56,858 bases of DNA from Klebsiella phage vB_KpnS-Carvaje. This document shows positions 1 through 8,295 of the stretch, piece after piece. Position 1 is the stretch's first letter; each line of letters begins with the position of its first letter. The DNA lies in the sequence record NC_071011.1, one strand, 5' to 3'. Both the position numbers and the translations under genes were made by a program. A model generated the notes under the pieces. That model had not been told where the DNA came from, ran no database searches, and saw only the letters and a list, made by a program, of their open reading frames with translations.

Positions 1-138
1 ACTAGGAGGGATTAAAAAGTTATAGGAAAATACCATACTATCTATGATTTTCAATGTTATCAACAACTTAAAGTATGTTGTAGACAATCTGTGATAAATT
101 GTGCAAAATTAACCAAAATGGTAAGAGGAAACTAGCTT
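1..138 (+). promoter_or_regulatory. AT-rich control region upstream of terS; continues repeat region B from the window end; holds a degenerate 15-mer copy (TGGTAAGAGGAAAC, 119..134)
   Basis: No ORF; AT-rich; half-site TGGTAAG shared with the 56665/56719/56838 repeats; sits directly upstream of the 139 start codon. Confidence 0.3.
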
Positions 139-774
139 ATGAAAATTTCAGATCGTGCGAAACGTGCTGCTTTAGAATTAAGCACGGAACAACTACGATT
201 CGCTGATCTGTGGTTAGATCGTGCAAACAACGGTCTGAGTAACGCACAGTGCGTTTTACATGCTTACCCCGGCCATAAAGACCCAAACGCAGCACGAGCA
301 ACCGCACATCGTCTGCTGTCGAATACGAAGGTGTTGAACTACCTCGACGCAATGGGAAGTCATGCACTGGAATCTGTCGGTGAATCGTTATCGTCTCGTG
401 TCGAATGGTGGAAGCGTGCGGCAAGTACCGCTGAAGAATTACTGGAGCCGTTTTGCAAACGTGTAGTGATCCCCGGCACTGACGATTACGAATGCAAACA
501 CCTGTGGGTGAACAGCACTGACGATATTCCGAACCACCTGCAGCAATACGTGGTGCGTTATAAACGTTATCTGTTGGGCGGGTACACGCTGGAAACGCGT
601 GAACTGTTCGATCCCAAGACGCGGGCGAAAGCATCGGAGAACCTGGATAAAATCACCGGGAACAGTGTTGAGCGTGTGGAACTGTCAGGGGCGGTTGGTA
701 ATCTGGTCCAGACGGTGCCGGATGGTGCCAGCATTGAAGATATCGCACAGTTGTATCAGAAGGCGTTGAAATAA
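139..774 (+). CDS. terS: terminase small subunit
   Basis: 211 aa; N-terminal pattern (LSTEQLRFADLWL..NG..AQCVLHAYPG...AARATAHRLLSNTKVLNYLD) typical of the Terminase_2 family; RBS AGAGGAAA; followed by a terminator. Confidence 0.6.
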   Translation: MKISDRAKRAALELSTEQLRFADLWLDRANNGLSNAQCVLHAYPGHKDPNAARATAHRLLSNTKVLNYLDAMGSHALESVGESLSSRVEWWKRAASTAEELLEPFCKRVVIPGTDDYECKHLWVNSTDDIPNHLQQYVVRYKRYLLGGYTLETRELFDPKTRAKASENLDKITGNSVERVELSGAVGNLVQTVPDGASIEDIAQLYQKALK

Positions 775-843
775 CGCCTGCAACCGTTTGCGTTTTGACG
801 ATCTAAATGTGGGTAGTGCTGGGGTACAGGATGACATAAGAAA

Positions 844-865
844 GCCCCTTACGGGGCGTTTTGTT
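844..865 (+). terminator. rho-independent terminator after terS
   Basis: GCCCC-TTAC-GGGGC hairpin followed by GTTTTGTT. Confidence 0.6.
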
Positions 866-1043
866 GAAGATAATTTCTAATGTATTTCATCACCTGTGAA
901 TAACGATCCACTTTTGCTATGAAAATAAAATCACTCATAAGTGGACCTTTAATTACATGAACTGACCACTTTTTTATACGCCAGTGCCAAAAAATCCAGA
1001 AATCTTCACCATTTATGTACAAAGACCTACTTACACGCTTCAC
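849..1043 (-). CDS. hypothetical small protein
   Basis: 64-aa ORF, AT-rich, last gene of the leftward block; weak support. Confidence 0.2.
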   Translation of the reverse strand: MKRVSRSLYINGEDFWIFWHWRIKKWSVHVIKGPLMSDFIFIAKVDRYSQVMKYIRNYLQQNAP

Positions 1044-1746
1044 ATTTACCCCCTTCTGCCCGGTCTATCCCACACTGCAGATATTCGTTATGTTTTTGTT
1101 CAAGTGTTTTCCCACGGCACAAACCGATAATCGTACTTTCAGGTGTCATTTTATGTTTCTGATAGTTTGCTTCCAGTTGCTGAACCCGGTGATAATGCGC
1201 CGGATACATTGTATAAAGCATGTGAATCTCGCTACCTGTCAGGTGTGGGCAACAGTAGCAACTTGATTTGCCAGGATAGTACAAACCAACTTCTTCAACA
1301 GCATCTGATTCTTTTTCGCCGATGTCCCAGTCAAACAACGGGAATACCTGACACCATTTATCTTCTGGTTGCCATTTAGCCGCACGATTTGGCTCATCAG
1401 CATTAATCCCAACAATACGTAAAATAGTCCCGGTATGTGTTGAAAGGTCCCGGCCTTTCCCCTTAACACCCCACGCTTTCCACGCTTGCGGATGATTGTT
1501 GAAATACTTATCAGCCGTTTCTTTTTTGAATCGTAAACTGCATGATTTTGATCCAAAAGCTGCAGCAGGTAAATCGTTAGCCGCTTCAGCCGTGCCTATA
1601 ACACTTAACGGAAAACCACGTTTATCAGTTTTATAAAGTACAACCACTTTTGACCAGTTACGATCAGCGCACCATTTTTTAAGATATTTAATAAATCTAT
1701 AGGTATGCGGGAACTCCGAACCAGTATCACAAAAAAACGATTTCAT
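1027..1746 (-). CDS. PAPS reductase / PP-loop ATP pyrophosphatase family protein (C-terminal segment; N-terminal PP-loop segment is in another frame upstream)
   Basis: FCDTGSEFPHTYRFI matches the conserved CysH/DndC-family DTG..PET-YRFI motif; C-terminal Cys cluster; see 1727..1879. Confidence 0.6.
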   Translation of the reverse strand: MKSFFCDTGSEFPHTYRFIKYLKKWCADRNWSKVVVLYKTDKRGFPLSVIGTAEAANDLPAAAFGSKSCSLRFKKETADKYFNNHPQAWKAWGVKGKGRDLSTHTGTILRIVGINADEPNRAAKWQPEDKWCQVFPLFDWDIGEKESDAVEEVGLYYPGKSSCYCCPHLTGSEIHMLYTMYPAHYHRVQQLEANYQKHKMTPESTIIGLCRGKTLEQKHNEYLQCGIDRAEGGKCEACK

Positions 1747-1879
1747 CAGGCTCAAAACCGCGTTTGTATAGTTCTGCGATTAACATCGCCGTGTCATCAC
1801 CCATACCACCCATAACTACACGAAAAGTGGTACTCATCCACGCGAGTTCGATAGAGGGACGATTGTTGAACAGTATCAT
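1727..1879 (-). pseudogene. N-terminal PP-loop segment of the PAPS-reductase-family gene, separated from 1027..1746 by a frameshift inside an A7/T7 homopolymer (1731..1737)
   Basis: 50-aa ORF MILFNNRPSIELAWMSTTFRVVMGGMGDDTAMLIAELYKRGFEPDEIVFL; VVMGGMGDDT resembles the SGGKDS PP-loop; removing one T from the run gives a continuous EIVFCDTG junction (compare CysH VIFLDTG). Confidence 0.5.
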
Positions 1880-2148
1880 TTATTTTTACCAGATGATGTT
1901 TGATAAAAAGACTCAACCCTGTAATCTAACATGTTGAAACGTTCTTTTAATGTTTGGCAAAAATTAGATTCGCAACATGACTCTGCTACGTAGAAGTCAA
2001 TTTCACAAGCAAGTTCAATCATTTCTTCTTTTAACTCACGAATTTCTCTTTTCATTCGTGATATTTTCTTTGTTTTACTCATTACGTTATCCTTCTGATC
2101 TGACGTTTGACTAACACTAACTTTAAAACAGTTCGTAACGTATTGCAA
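1876..2148 (-). CDS. hypothetical protein
   Basis: ORF with coiled-coil-like KREIRELKEEMIEL segment. Confidence 0.3.
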   Translation of the reverse strand: MQYVTNCFKVSVSQTSDQKDNVMSKTKKISRMKREIRELKEEMIELACEIDFYVAESCCESNFCQTLKERFNMLDYRVESFYQTSSGKNK

Positions 2149-2149
2149 A

Positions 2150-2172
2150 TGAAAAACCCGGCGTTAACCGGG
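2150..2172 (-). terminator. rho-independent terminator (minus strand)
   Basis: CCCGG-ttaacg-CCGGG hairpin followed by TTTTTC on the minus strand. Confidence 0.45.
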
Positions 2173-2181
2173 CAATCTTTC

Positions 2182-2532
2182 TTAATTTTTCAGTGCATCT
2201 TTCAATAACTGATACGTTTCTGGGCAGCGACCCTTACCGCGCTCACGTTCATAAGCAGCGCTGATTTTGTCCCAGTTTTCAATCACACCTTTGAACGATG
2301 GGACACGTTCAGCCACCAGGGGAAATACTTCTTTAATTTCCGGGATCACCTGGACTAACAAATAACAACGGCGAAAATCTGAAACATCAACTGGCGCTGT
2401 TGGAAAATCGTCATGGTGGAACTCTTCACCTTTATAAAAATGAACCAGTGTTTTCGAACTTGCACCAACTTCACCACGTAAAAACCAGGTCAGTAATCGA
2501 CTGTCTACAGAACTTTTAATCATGTTATTCAC
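2182..2532 (-). CDS. hypothetical protein
   Basis: 116-aa ORF in the leftward early block. Confidence 0.4.
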   Translation of the reverse strand: MNNMIKSSVDSRLLTWFLRGEVGASSKTLVHFYKGEEFHHDDFPTAPVDVSDFRRCYLLVQVIPEIKEVFPLVAERVPSFKGVIENWDKISAAYERERGKGRCPETYQLLKDALKN

Positions 2533-2679
2533 CTTTTAAATATTCGTCATCACCAGTAACCCAGAAACGATCGCCAACATCAGGTGACGATTCCCAGGGC
2601 ATCTTTTCAGTCACTTCCAGTTCCAGATCGCCCCGCGTGTTTTCAGCAATAATTTTCACGGGTACACCGTCATAGGTTT

Positions 2680-3012
2680 TCATCGTTGAGCCTCCCCGCC
2701 CAGAGCGGTTACAAGCTGTTTGATCAGCGCTGAAAGTTCACCTGTCATCAGTGTAAAATCAGCGTCAAACCGCGCTAACACATCTTCACGATCGATATCG
2801 TCGTTCTGGTCGATCAGTTCATCGCAGAATTTCAGGCGCGTTAAAATCGCGTCATCAGTCAGCGTGAACGTAACCCGCTGTTGCCAGTCCAGCGCCAGTT
2901 TAGTGATAACTTTCCCGGCTTCGATGTGCGTTGCGATTTCATCGCTTATCAGGTCCTGCTTTTTAACGCGGGCAATACCGCCATCAGCCAGTTCGTAACG
3001 ATCGTCTTTCAT
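2680..3012 (-). CDS. hypothetical protein
   Basis: 110-aa ORF; ATGA overlap with the downstream small ORF. Confidence 0.4.
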   Translation of the reverse strand: MKDDRYELADGGIARVKKQDLISDEIATHIEAGKVITKLALDWQQRVTFTLTDDAILTRLKFCDELIDQNDDIDREDVLARFDADFTLMTGELSALIKQLVTALGGEAQR

Positions 3013-3165
3013 AATTTGTGCACCTTAAAATTACAACCTGAGTAGCGATGTTTACCGCATAATTTACAGCGGTGTTCCTCAGTGGCGTAATTACGTTCAT
3101 CACCTCGCATGGTTCTGAACAGATACCACTGATGTCTGCAAAAAAGACGCTTAACAAAGTTCATG
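3010..3165 (-). CDS. small Cys/His-rich protein (possible zinc binder)
   Basis: 51-aa [21 protein letters not shown]...[14 protein letters not shown]; stop overlaps the next start (ATGA). Confidence 0.25.
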
Positions 3166-3378
3166 TTTAATTACCCCGTGACCAGGTGCGAAGCAAACCG
3201 TATTACGTTCTTTAAAAACCCATCCAGCTTGCTTCGCCTGTCTCAGACAATCGCGAAAGTTTTCACCAGCGAACCCAGTAACTTTAGTTGTGGAAAACGA
3301 GCCTTTGGGTTGATTGCACATTCTACAATCACAGTAAAGGTCCATTGAGTATCCGCTAACTACTGGCATCAGCAACAC
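3151..3378 (-). CDS. hypothetical Cys-rich protein
   Basis: 75 aa with CDCRMCNQ and C-terminal Cys/His. Confidence 0.35.
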   Translation of the reverse strand: MLLMPVVSGYSMDLYCDCRMCNQPKGSFSTTKVTGFAGENFRDCLRQAKQAGWVFKERNTVCFAPGHGVIKHELC

Positions 3379-3739
3379 CTCTTTACATACTTTGCATCAT
3401 TCGTAGTATCAGCGGCCTTACCGCAGCACGTATTTGAAGTAACGAATAGTCAGGGAACAAGCGTTCCATTTCAGACCATACTTCATTTGCATTATTTTTA
3501 ACGCGACAAAGGCGGACCATCGCCATTTGCATTTCTGCTTCATCATCTTGTGTTTTACTCACGATCAGTAACCCCTCTTCGACTGGTATTCAATTTTGTT
3601 CAGTGTGTTTTGCACGATCTGCCATGAGCGCATCATGAACAACGATGCATACTGTGATAACAAGACACAACGCGGCTGAACACTGTACGCGGTAATCGTG
3701 TCCATATCATCAGGTGTCAGGAGGAAACGCCAGGGTGAG

Positions 3740-3931
3740 TTATTCATGTTCAAGTCGTCCCAGCAGTTCGCGGATGTTCTGCAGAACGTATTGCTTTGTC
3801 TGCGTCGTTACACAAACACCATCGGTACGCCCGAACGTGTCCAGCACCGTTTGAAGCGCGTGTTTCAGTTCGATATATTCCGTGACAGGTATAGAAACCA
3901 TCACCACTAATTTTCCGTCAATGTTAGCCAT
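3740..3931 (-). CDS. hypothetical protein
   Basis: 63-aa ORF. Confidence 0.3.
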   Translation of the reverse strand: MANIDGKLVVMVSIPVTEYIELKHALQTVLDTFGRTDGVCVTTQTKQYVLQNIRELLGRLEHE

Positions 3932-3936
3932 TTTCG

Positions 3937-4194
3937 TTACCCCGCTGTACTTTCAACCTGATTAGGAAATCTTAAAACCTCATCGAATACAGCACCGATA
4001 CGATCCGCGCTGGGGATGAAATCACAACTCCCATTGTCAACGGCTTCACATATTTCGTGGTAGCGCGTTACATCGAATAACGTCACATCACAATCACCAG
4101 TGGTGGCAAATGCGATACGCTTTGATGGGCATTGCGCTAATATTTTATTTACTTTTTCAACCCATTTCCTTTCGGCGATTGTTAAAACGGCCAT
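3937..4194 (-). CDS. hypothetical protein (first gene of the leftward early operon)
   Basis: Start 4194 is preceded by the conserved leader ACTGAACAGAGGGTTTGAAGA and the 4226..4264 promoter. Confidence 0.45.
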   Translation of the reverse strand: MAVLTIAERKWVEKVNKILAQCPSKRIAFATTGDCDVTLFDVTRYHEICEAVDNGSCDFIPSADRIGAVFDEVLRFPNQVESTAG

Positions 4195-4225
4195 TCTTCA
4201 AACCCTCTGTTCAGTTAATGCTCAA

Positions 4226-4264
4226 AGCATAGTAGTATTTCTGCAATCCGTCAAGAATTATTTT
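4226..4264 (-). promoter_or_regulatory. sigma70-type early promoter cassette, copy 1 (UP-element AAAATAATTC, -35 TTGACG, 17-bp spacer, -10 TATGCT)
   Basis: Reverse complement reads AAAATAATTCTTGACGGATTGCAGAAATACTACTATGCT; motif recurs about 11 times. Confidence 0.6.
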
Positions 4265-4328
4265 AACCGATACCAGCTACGATAACCCGTGGTAAACTGT
4301 ACAGAACTGTTGAAAACGGAACATCGCA

Positions 4329-6092
4329 ATGAATAAATTCGCTGGCAACATTCACAAGTACCCGCGCTGGCGGGACGCTTACGCAGAAGATGAACGGATC
4401 TGGCGCAAAGGTGAATCACGGCCTGATTATCGTCAGTGTTACATCGACCGTATCAACCTGATAAACCGTATGCGCACCGATCGGGCGATCATTCCGGTAC
4501 TGAAAAAGTATTACGAAACTAACCCGGTGGCGTTCATCCTCGACTGGGCGTTTACTTATGACCCGCGTAACGTTGGTACGGAATACCCGCCGAATATGCC
4601 GTTCTGCCTGTTTGAGCGCCAGATCGACATGATTCAGTTCGTTTATGAAGCGCTCGAAGATAAAGAAAAAGGATTGTGGGAAAAATCCCGCGACTATGGC
4701 GCAACGTGGGTTGCCTGTGGGTTATCCGTGTGGGCCTGGCTCTATCGTCCCGGTTCATCAGTTGGCTGGGGGTCACGTAAAGAAACGCTCGTTGATAAAC
4801 TGGGGGATCCTGACAGTATTTTTGAAAAAATCCGTCAGATTATCCGTGCTCTGCCTCCTGAATTACGCCCGGTTGGTTACCGTGAAAAAGATCACCTGAC
4901 ATTCATGAAATGTATCAACCCTGAAAACGGTGCAACAATCACGGGTGAGGCCGGGGATAACATCGGGCGCGGTGGTCGTAAGTCAATTTATTTTCTCGAT
5001 GAGGCTGCACACGTTGATCGCCCTGAACTGATAGAAGCGTCATTGTCAGCTAACACCAACGTTCGTATCGATATCAGTTCTGTTAACGGTGTCGGCAACG
5101 TTTTTTATCGTAACCGTAAAGCAGGTATTGAATGGGAGCCGGGTAAGAAAATACCCCGTGGTAAATTGCGCGTTATGGTTCTGGACTGGCGCGATCACCC
5201 GGCGAAAGATGATGAATGGTATAAGCGCGAAAAACAATCATTCGCTGAAAAAGGATTACAGCATATTTTCGCACAGGAAGTTGACCGCGATTACGCTGCA
5301 GCCGTTCAGGGTGTACTCATTAAAGCTGAATGGGCGCGGGCCGCATTCGATGCGTTCAAAGATATCGCGTGGCGTAAAGCAAACGGTCTGCTTGCACCAA
5401 CAGGTAAACGCATTGCCGGGCAAGATGCCGCAGACGGTGGTGAAGATGCGAGCGCACTGGTTGTTGCTCATGGTGTATTTATCACTCATTTGCAACTTGA
5501 TCACCGCAGCGCTGAACTGGCCGCACCTGGTATGCTCAATGCTGCGAACATGATCGGTGTTGATGAATACTGGTATGAAGTGAATGGCGTGGGTGCTGGC
5601 GTTAAAGTAGCGGCTAACGATCGTAAGGATACGTTGCGGTTCCGTGTTCGTCCGTGGCTACCGAACGGAAAAGTAGTCAATCCTGGCGGTGATATTATTG
5701 GTGGAACGATACCAGGCGATAAAGACCGTAAAACGAACAAAGATTATTTCAGCAACTATAAAGCACAAGCGTCATGGGCGCTGCGTATGCGTTGCCAGAG
5801 AATTTATAAATGGTACGTTGAAGGTCAACCACAGGATCCTGATGAGATTATTCTGATTGATCCAACAATGGAAAACGCGCAGCATCTTGAGGCGGAACTA
5901 TGTCAGCCAACGTATAGCACTAATGGTGCGGGGAAAATCGTTATTGATAAAAAACCAAATGGTTCTAAATCACCTAACTTTTTCGACGCAACCGTTATTG
6001 CTACATCACCGAAGCGCGTAGAATTCGAGGAAGAAGCGTTTACAGGTACAGTAAACGCTGTTGGAACACCAGATTACGGGAGTATATTCTAA
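4329..6092 (+). CDS. terL: terminase large subunit
   Basis: 587 aa; Walker-B-like YFLDEAAHV, C-terminal RNaseH-like acidic residues (DEYWYEVNGVGAGV); sits between the terS region and the portal gene. Confidence 0.65.
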   Translation: MNKFAGNIHKYPRWRDAYAEDERIWRKGESRPDYRQCYIDRINLINRMRTDRAIIPVLKKYYETNPVAFILDWAFTYDPRNVGTEYPPNMPFCLFERQIDMIQFVYEALEDKEKGLWEKSRDYGATWVACGLSVWAWLYRPGSSVGWGSRKETLVDKLGDPDSIFEKIRQIIRALPPELRPVGYREKDHLTFMKCINPENGATITGEAGDNIGRGGRKSIYFLDEAAHVDRPELIEASLSANTNVRIDISSVNGVGNVFYRNRKAGIEWEPGKKIPRGKLRVMVLDWRDHPAKDDEWYKREKQSFAEKGLQHIFAQEVDRDYAAAVQGVLIKAEWARAAFDAFKDIAWRKANGLLAPTGKRIAGQDAADGGEDASALVVAHGVFITHLQLDHRSAELAAPGMLNAANMIGVDEYWYEVNGVGAGVKVAANDRKDTLRFRVRPWLPNGKVVNPGGDIIGGTIPGDKDRKTNKDYFSNYKAQASWALRMRCQRIYKWYVEGQPQDPDEIILIDPTMENAQHLEAELCQPTYSTNGAGKIVIDKKPNGSKSPNFFDATVIATSPKRVEFEEEAFTGTVNAVGTPDYGSIF

Positions 6093-6796
6093 TGACCACG
6101 CTAACACTCTTGAGTAGTGAAACCAGTGATGATTTATTGACCAAAATCAACGATGCATTGAGTGATGGTAAATTTCTTTACGGTACAACAACAGTTTTAC
6201 CGGGTGAGAGTCATAACCCGGTGCGTTTTTTCCAGTATGTCAGCGATGTTGATATTACCAGCGGGGCAAGCGCTTATGACATCTGGCTACAGCAGGGTAA
6301 CACAGGAAGTGAACAGGATTTTCTGAATAGTCTACAGGGTGCATCATATATGCGCCAGAAATCAGAGGTGACCTGGTCAGGTATCTCACTGGTTATTCCA
6401 ACCGGATCGCCGATCAACCTGATTAACGCACTGAAAGCACTCACCCCCAGCGGTGGTACGTTAGCGCCATTCTTCAACACCACTGACAACAAACTGCACG
6501 TATTCAACCAGAACATGACGGTTAATTTTAAACTTAACCTGATTGGTTCGTGGGCAGGATCAACCGAAAACCGCAGCATGACCCTAAATTTTGTCGGTAC
6601 AACAGGTAATACGCTGACTTATTCACGAGATAGTAGCGTGACCAGTGATAATGTATCGTTCAGAACGTTCCTGAGTATCGACCAGGATGGGAATATTGCA
6701 ACAAACGGTACAGAGTTGACGATCGTCAGTAACGGTGCAGCGTTTACTGCTACACAGGTGCTATTGATTGCCGAACAGCTTGTTCCGACTCCTTAA
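6092..6796 (+). CDS. hypothetical S/T/N/G-rich protein translationally coupled to terL
   Basis: 234 aa; TAATG overlap with the terL stop; followed by a terminator. Confidence 0.4.
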   Translation: MTTLTLLSSETSDDLLTKINDALSDGKFLYGTTTVLPGESHNPVRFFQYVSDVDITSGASAYDIWLQQGNTGSEQDFLNSLQGASYMRQKSEVTWSGISLVIPTGSPINLINALKALTPSGGTLAPFFNTTDNKLHVFNQNMTVNFKLNLIGSWAGSTENRSMTLNFVGTTGNTLTYSRDSSVTSDNVSFRTFLSIDQDGNIATNGTELTIVSNGAAFTATQVLLIAEQLVPTP

Positions 6797-6804
6797 ATTG
6801 AATA

Positions 6805-6828
6805 GCCCCGTTACTCCGGGGCGTTTTC
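6805..6828 (+). terminator. rho-independent terminator
   Basis: GCCCCG-ttactc-CGGGGC followed by GTTTTC. Confidence 0.6.
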
Positions 6829-6980
6829 ATCGCGGTAAACGTCAGCGCAGCCGTATTTATTTTCAGGATGATACATTTATTCAACTTTCAATGCTGCCTG
6901 ACACTCAGCCCACGTTTGAATATTGTCATTCACAGGTTCGATTGTTGAACTGTTGAGGATGATGATTAACACGTATCCAA

Positions 6981-7316
6981 TTAGCATTTGCGTAACGTCT
7001 CCCGCCAGTCAAGACCATGAAGATTGACGGTTGCTATCATATACCAGTCCTGACCGTCATCATCGTCAGGTTCCCAGTAACCGATAGCAGACGGTTCGTT
7101 TTTAAAGCCGTAAATTTCACCGTCTGAATCAGTCGCAATGAAATTGATACTATGCGGTACAGTTAATTGCAATCCAAAATAATTGACCGTTTTTGTTTTT
7201 GGCAGTTCAACCAGCGTCATTTTACAATCCGGCGCTTCCTCGTGGATATCCCACGACTTACCACAATGCGAGCACTGGTATTCGTCATTGCAGCGAATAG
7301 CGTTTACATGGTTCAT
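6981..7316 (-). CDS. hypothetical protein with CxxC...C zinc-finger-like motif
   Basis: 111 aa; CSHCGKSWDIHEEAPDC. Confidence 0.4.
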   Translation of the reverse strand: MNHVNAIRCNDEYQCSHCGKSWDIHEEAPDCKMTLVELPKTKTVNYFGLQLTVPHSINFIATDSDGEIYGFKNEPSAIGYWEPDDDDGQDWYMIATVNLHGLDWRETLRKC

Positions 7317-7582
7317 GATTGTTCCCCGATGTGACTGTTAATATTACGGCTTGTTAATGGTTCCCAGCCTTTTTCAACAGCGATATCAATACACTCAGCT
7401 AATGTATTAGCCTTAATTGGTACGCCGATTTCTACGTCATCATATGTTCGTTGGATTTGATAACCATCAACTACATATAATATTTCAACTGTGCCATGCA
7501 ACGTGTGCATTGACTGAAGCCATTCAATATGGTTCATTTCACAGTCTCCGGTACAAACCATTGGGAAGCCAGATAAGCACAC
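7313..7582 (-). CDS. hypothetical protein
   Basis: 89-aa ORF overlapping its neighbours. Confidence 0.35.
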   Translation of the reverse strand: MCLSGFPMVCTGDCEMNHIEWLQSMHTLHGTVEILYVVDGYQIQRTYDDVEIGVPIKANTLAECIDIAVEKGWEPLTSRNINSHIGEQS

Positions 7583-7845
7583 CCGGCGATCTTGTGTTCG
7601 TGTTTCGGTTCGAAACTAGCCAGAATCACTTTGATATGTTTGTGGGCGTCTTTGAAATTTACACCTTCTACTGCAACAGCGTAATTTTCCAGACCATTGT
7701 AAAACCATTTGCTAATCCATCTGTTCCACGGGTTAGAGTCTTTGAAAAACTCTTCTGGGATACTACCCATTGCCGGGAGAAATTTAGCAAGGTTTTTAGG
7801 ACCAAAAACGATATTACCAGAGGTGATGTTTTCAAGTGGTTTCAT
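7534..7845 (-). CDS. hypothetical protein
   Basis: 104 aa from the internal ATG (MKPLEN...); the annotated longer ORF would overlap the upstream gene. Confidence 0.35.
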   Translation of the reverse strand: MKPLENITSGNIVFGPKNLAKFLPAMGSIPEEFFKDSNPWNRWISKWFYNGLENYAVAVEGVNFKDAHKHIKVILASFEPKHEHKIAGCAYLASQWFVPETVK

Positions 7846-7846
7846 T

Positions 7847-7990
7847 TTAAAACCCCTTATCTTTAGCAATTTGTTGTGCACGTTTTTTAGTGTGACCAGC
7901 CGCCATCAGACGTTTAATTTCTGCTTTACGGCGTTCGAAATGATCACCACGGGAATTTTCAGCCAACGGGTGCTTATTTCTTGGATTCAT
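7847..7990 (-). CDS. small basic protein
   Basis: 47 aa MNPRNKHPLAENSRGDHFERRKAEIKRLMAAGHTKKRAQQIAKDKGF; ATGA coupling with the upstream ORF. Confidence 0.3.
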   Translation of the reverse strand: MNPRNKHPLAENSRGDHFERRKAEIKRLMAAGHTKKRAQQIAKDKGF

Positions 7991-8157
7991 TTTGCTTGTT
8001 CCTTGGATTTGGTTTTGCATTTACGGCAATACATGGTGACCTTTTCACCGTTGATAAAATTGTAGCAATCGTTAATCCCATTAAAACGTAAATCAGAACC
8101 GCATTCTTTACACTGAGGAATTACTACTGATTTACCGTGATAACCAATACTCGCCAT
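7987..8157 (-). CDS. zinc-ribbon protein
   Basis: 56 aa MASIGYHGKSVVIPQCKECGSD...YCRKCKTK (two CxxC pairs); start preceded by the conserved leader ACTGAACAGAGGGTAGTGAACG and the 8190..8228 promoter. Confidence 0.4.
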   Translation of the reverse strand: MASIGYHGKSVVIPQCKECGSDLRFNGINDCYNFINGEKVTMYCRKCKTKSKEQAK

Positions 8158-8189
8158 CGTTCACTACCCTCTGTTCAGTTCATGCACAA

Positions 8190-8228
8190 ACTATAGCCGC
8201 ACATCTGCAATCCGTCAAGAATTATTTT
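8190..8228 (-). promoter_or_regulatory. early promoter cassette, copy 2 (-35 TTGACG, 17 bp, -10 TATAGT)
   Basis: Reverse complement AAAATAATTCTTGACGGATTGCAGATGTGCGGCTATAGT. Confidence 0.65.
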
Positions 8229-8295
8229 AACCCCGTGCAAAACTAACCTGCCTGATATAACATACGTTAAGAATAAACCCGTGGAGCCTGTGAAG

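Noticed and set aside
137-634. 165-aa ORF antisense to terS
   Set aside because: Fully embedded antisense to a gene with clear family motifs; no RBS; a typical spurious antisense ORF. The same reasoning applies to 24976..25371, 25524..25736 and 23321..23647 inside the tape measure and tail genes
4255-4330. Reading the conserved 25-mer as a rightward promoter for terL or the portal gene
   Set aside because: On the plus strand the motif lacks a consensus -35/-10 at proper spacing; the leftward reading gives TTGACG-17-TATAGT with the TSS correctly placed before the leftward genes. A separate weaker rightward promoter (for example TGgTAAACT near 4291, TTGCGC-17-TACTAT near 24030) may exist but could not be supported strongly
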